From Negaprion brevirostris (Eukaryota): a DNA stretch of 64,000 nt. The stretch covers positions 138,472,084 through 138,536,083 of the forward strand of contig JARDVH010000001.1 in the NCBI GenBank assembly GCA_030324005.1, given 5' to 3'. The notes below the pieces were generated by a model, which worked only from the letters and a program-made list of their open reading frames with translations, was not told the DNA's origin and did no database searches. The position numbers were made by a program, and so were the translations under genes. Each line of letters opens with the position of its first letter. Position 1 is the first letter of the stretch. Shown piece after piece: positions 63,549 to 64,000 of the stretch.

Positions 63549-64000
63549 TTTGGAGAGTTTACCTGTGGTTTCAGTTTAAATAGTTTCCTTCTCAATCCAG
63601 TTCCTACCCACCACCTCTCTATAATTTAACCATTGGAAATCTGACTTCTATTACGTTAGCAACCAGTTTCTGATTAGTAGCTAGGGGGAAAAAGGGGTTG
63701 AAGTAGCTAATATGGAGGCCTGACTTTATAATTGTTGTGTTGTCTGTGTCTCAGGAAGAGGTGTGGTGTCTCTTGCCTGCAGTAAAACTGATGACATGAT
63801 CTGATAGACAGCACTACAGAGAAGAAGAGGAATTTATAGGCACCTGAAGGCAATACAAGTTGATGATGAAAGGCATTTTAAATGTAAGACACTAATTCAA
63901 GGTGAAGTTAAAAACCTTAGAAGAGCTTTGTGTCTGCTTCAGATTTACATGATTAAAGGTAGCTTAAAAACTTTTGAGATTGGAAGAAAATATAATGTTG

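Noticed and set aside
1-64000. CRISPR arrays, operons, rRNA or other prokaryote-type systems
   Set aside because: No regularly spaced repeats or gene-dense regions; the repeat content shows vertebrate nuclear DNA.

Overview
This is repeat-dense, non-genic (intergenic or intronic) vertebrate DNA, almost certainly from a shark or other elasmobranch. That assignment is inferred from about 13 HE1/V-SINE-type copies, DeuSINE (SacSINE1-like) copies, abundant CR1 and Penelope-like termini. I found no intact host protein-coding gene. Every recognisable peptide is a decayed transposon remnant: CR1, L2, L1/Tx1, Rex1/Babar and RTE LINE pieces, a Penelope C-terminal/GIY-YIG region and a Tigger-like transposase N-terminus. 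Short-TIR non-autonomous elements, probable solo LTRs and several fold-back structures fill much of the rest. About 18 N-runs are present, and several exact 100-N gaps have duplicated flanks, so they look like assembly artefacts. The most interesting observations are a 250-bp near-complete palindrome (15.1 kb), an 860-bp element with 178-bp terminal inverted repeats (59.2 kb), one SINE body carrying two alternative LINE-like tails (CR1 versus Rex1), a BovB/RTE-tailed SINE, and fold-back Penelope termini with degenerate hammerhead motifs. Family names come from remembered consensus motifs, not from database searches, and boundaries are approximate. I see no clear evidence of a new biological system.
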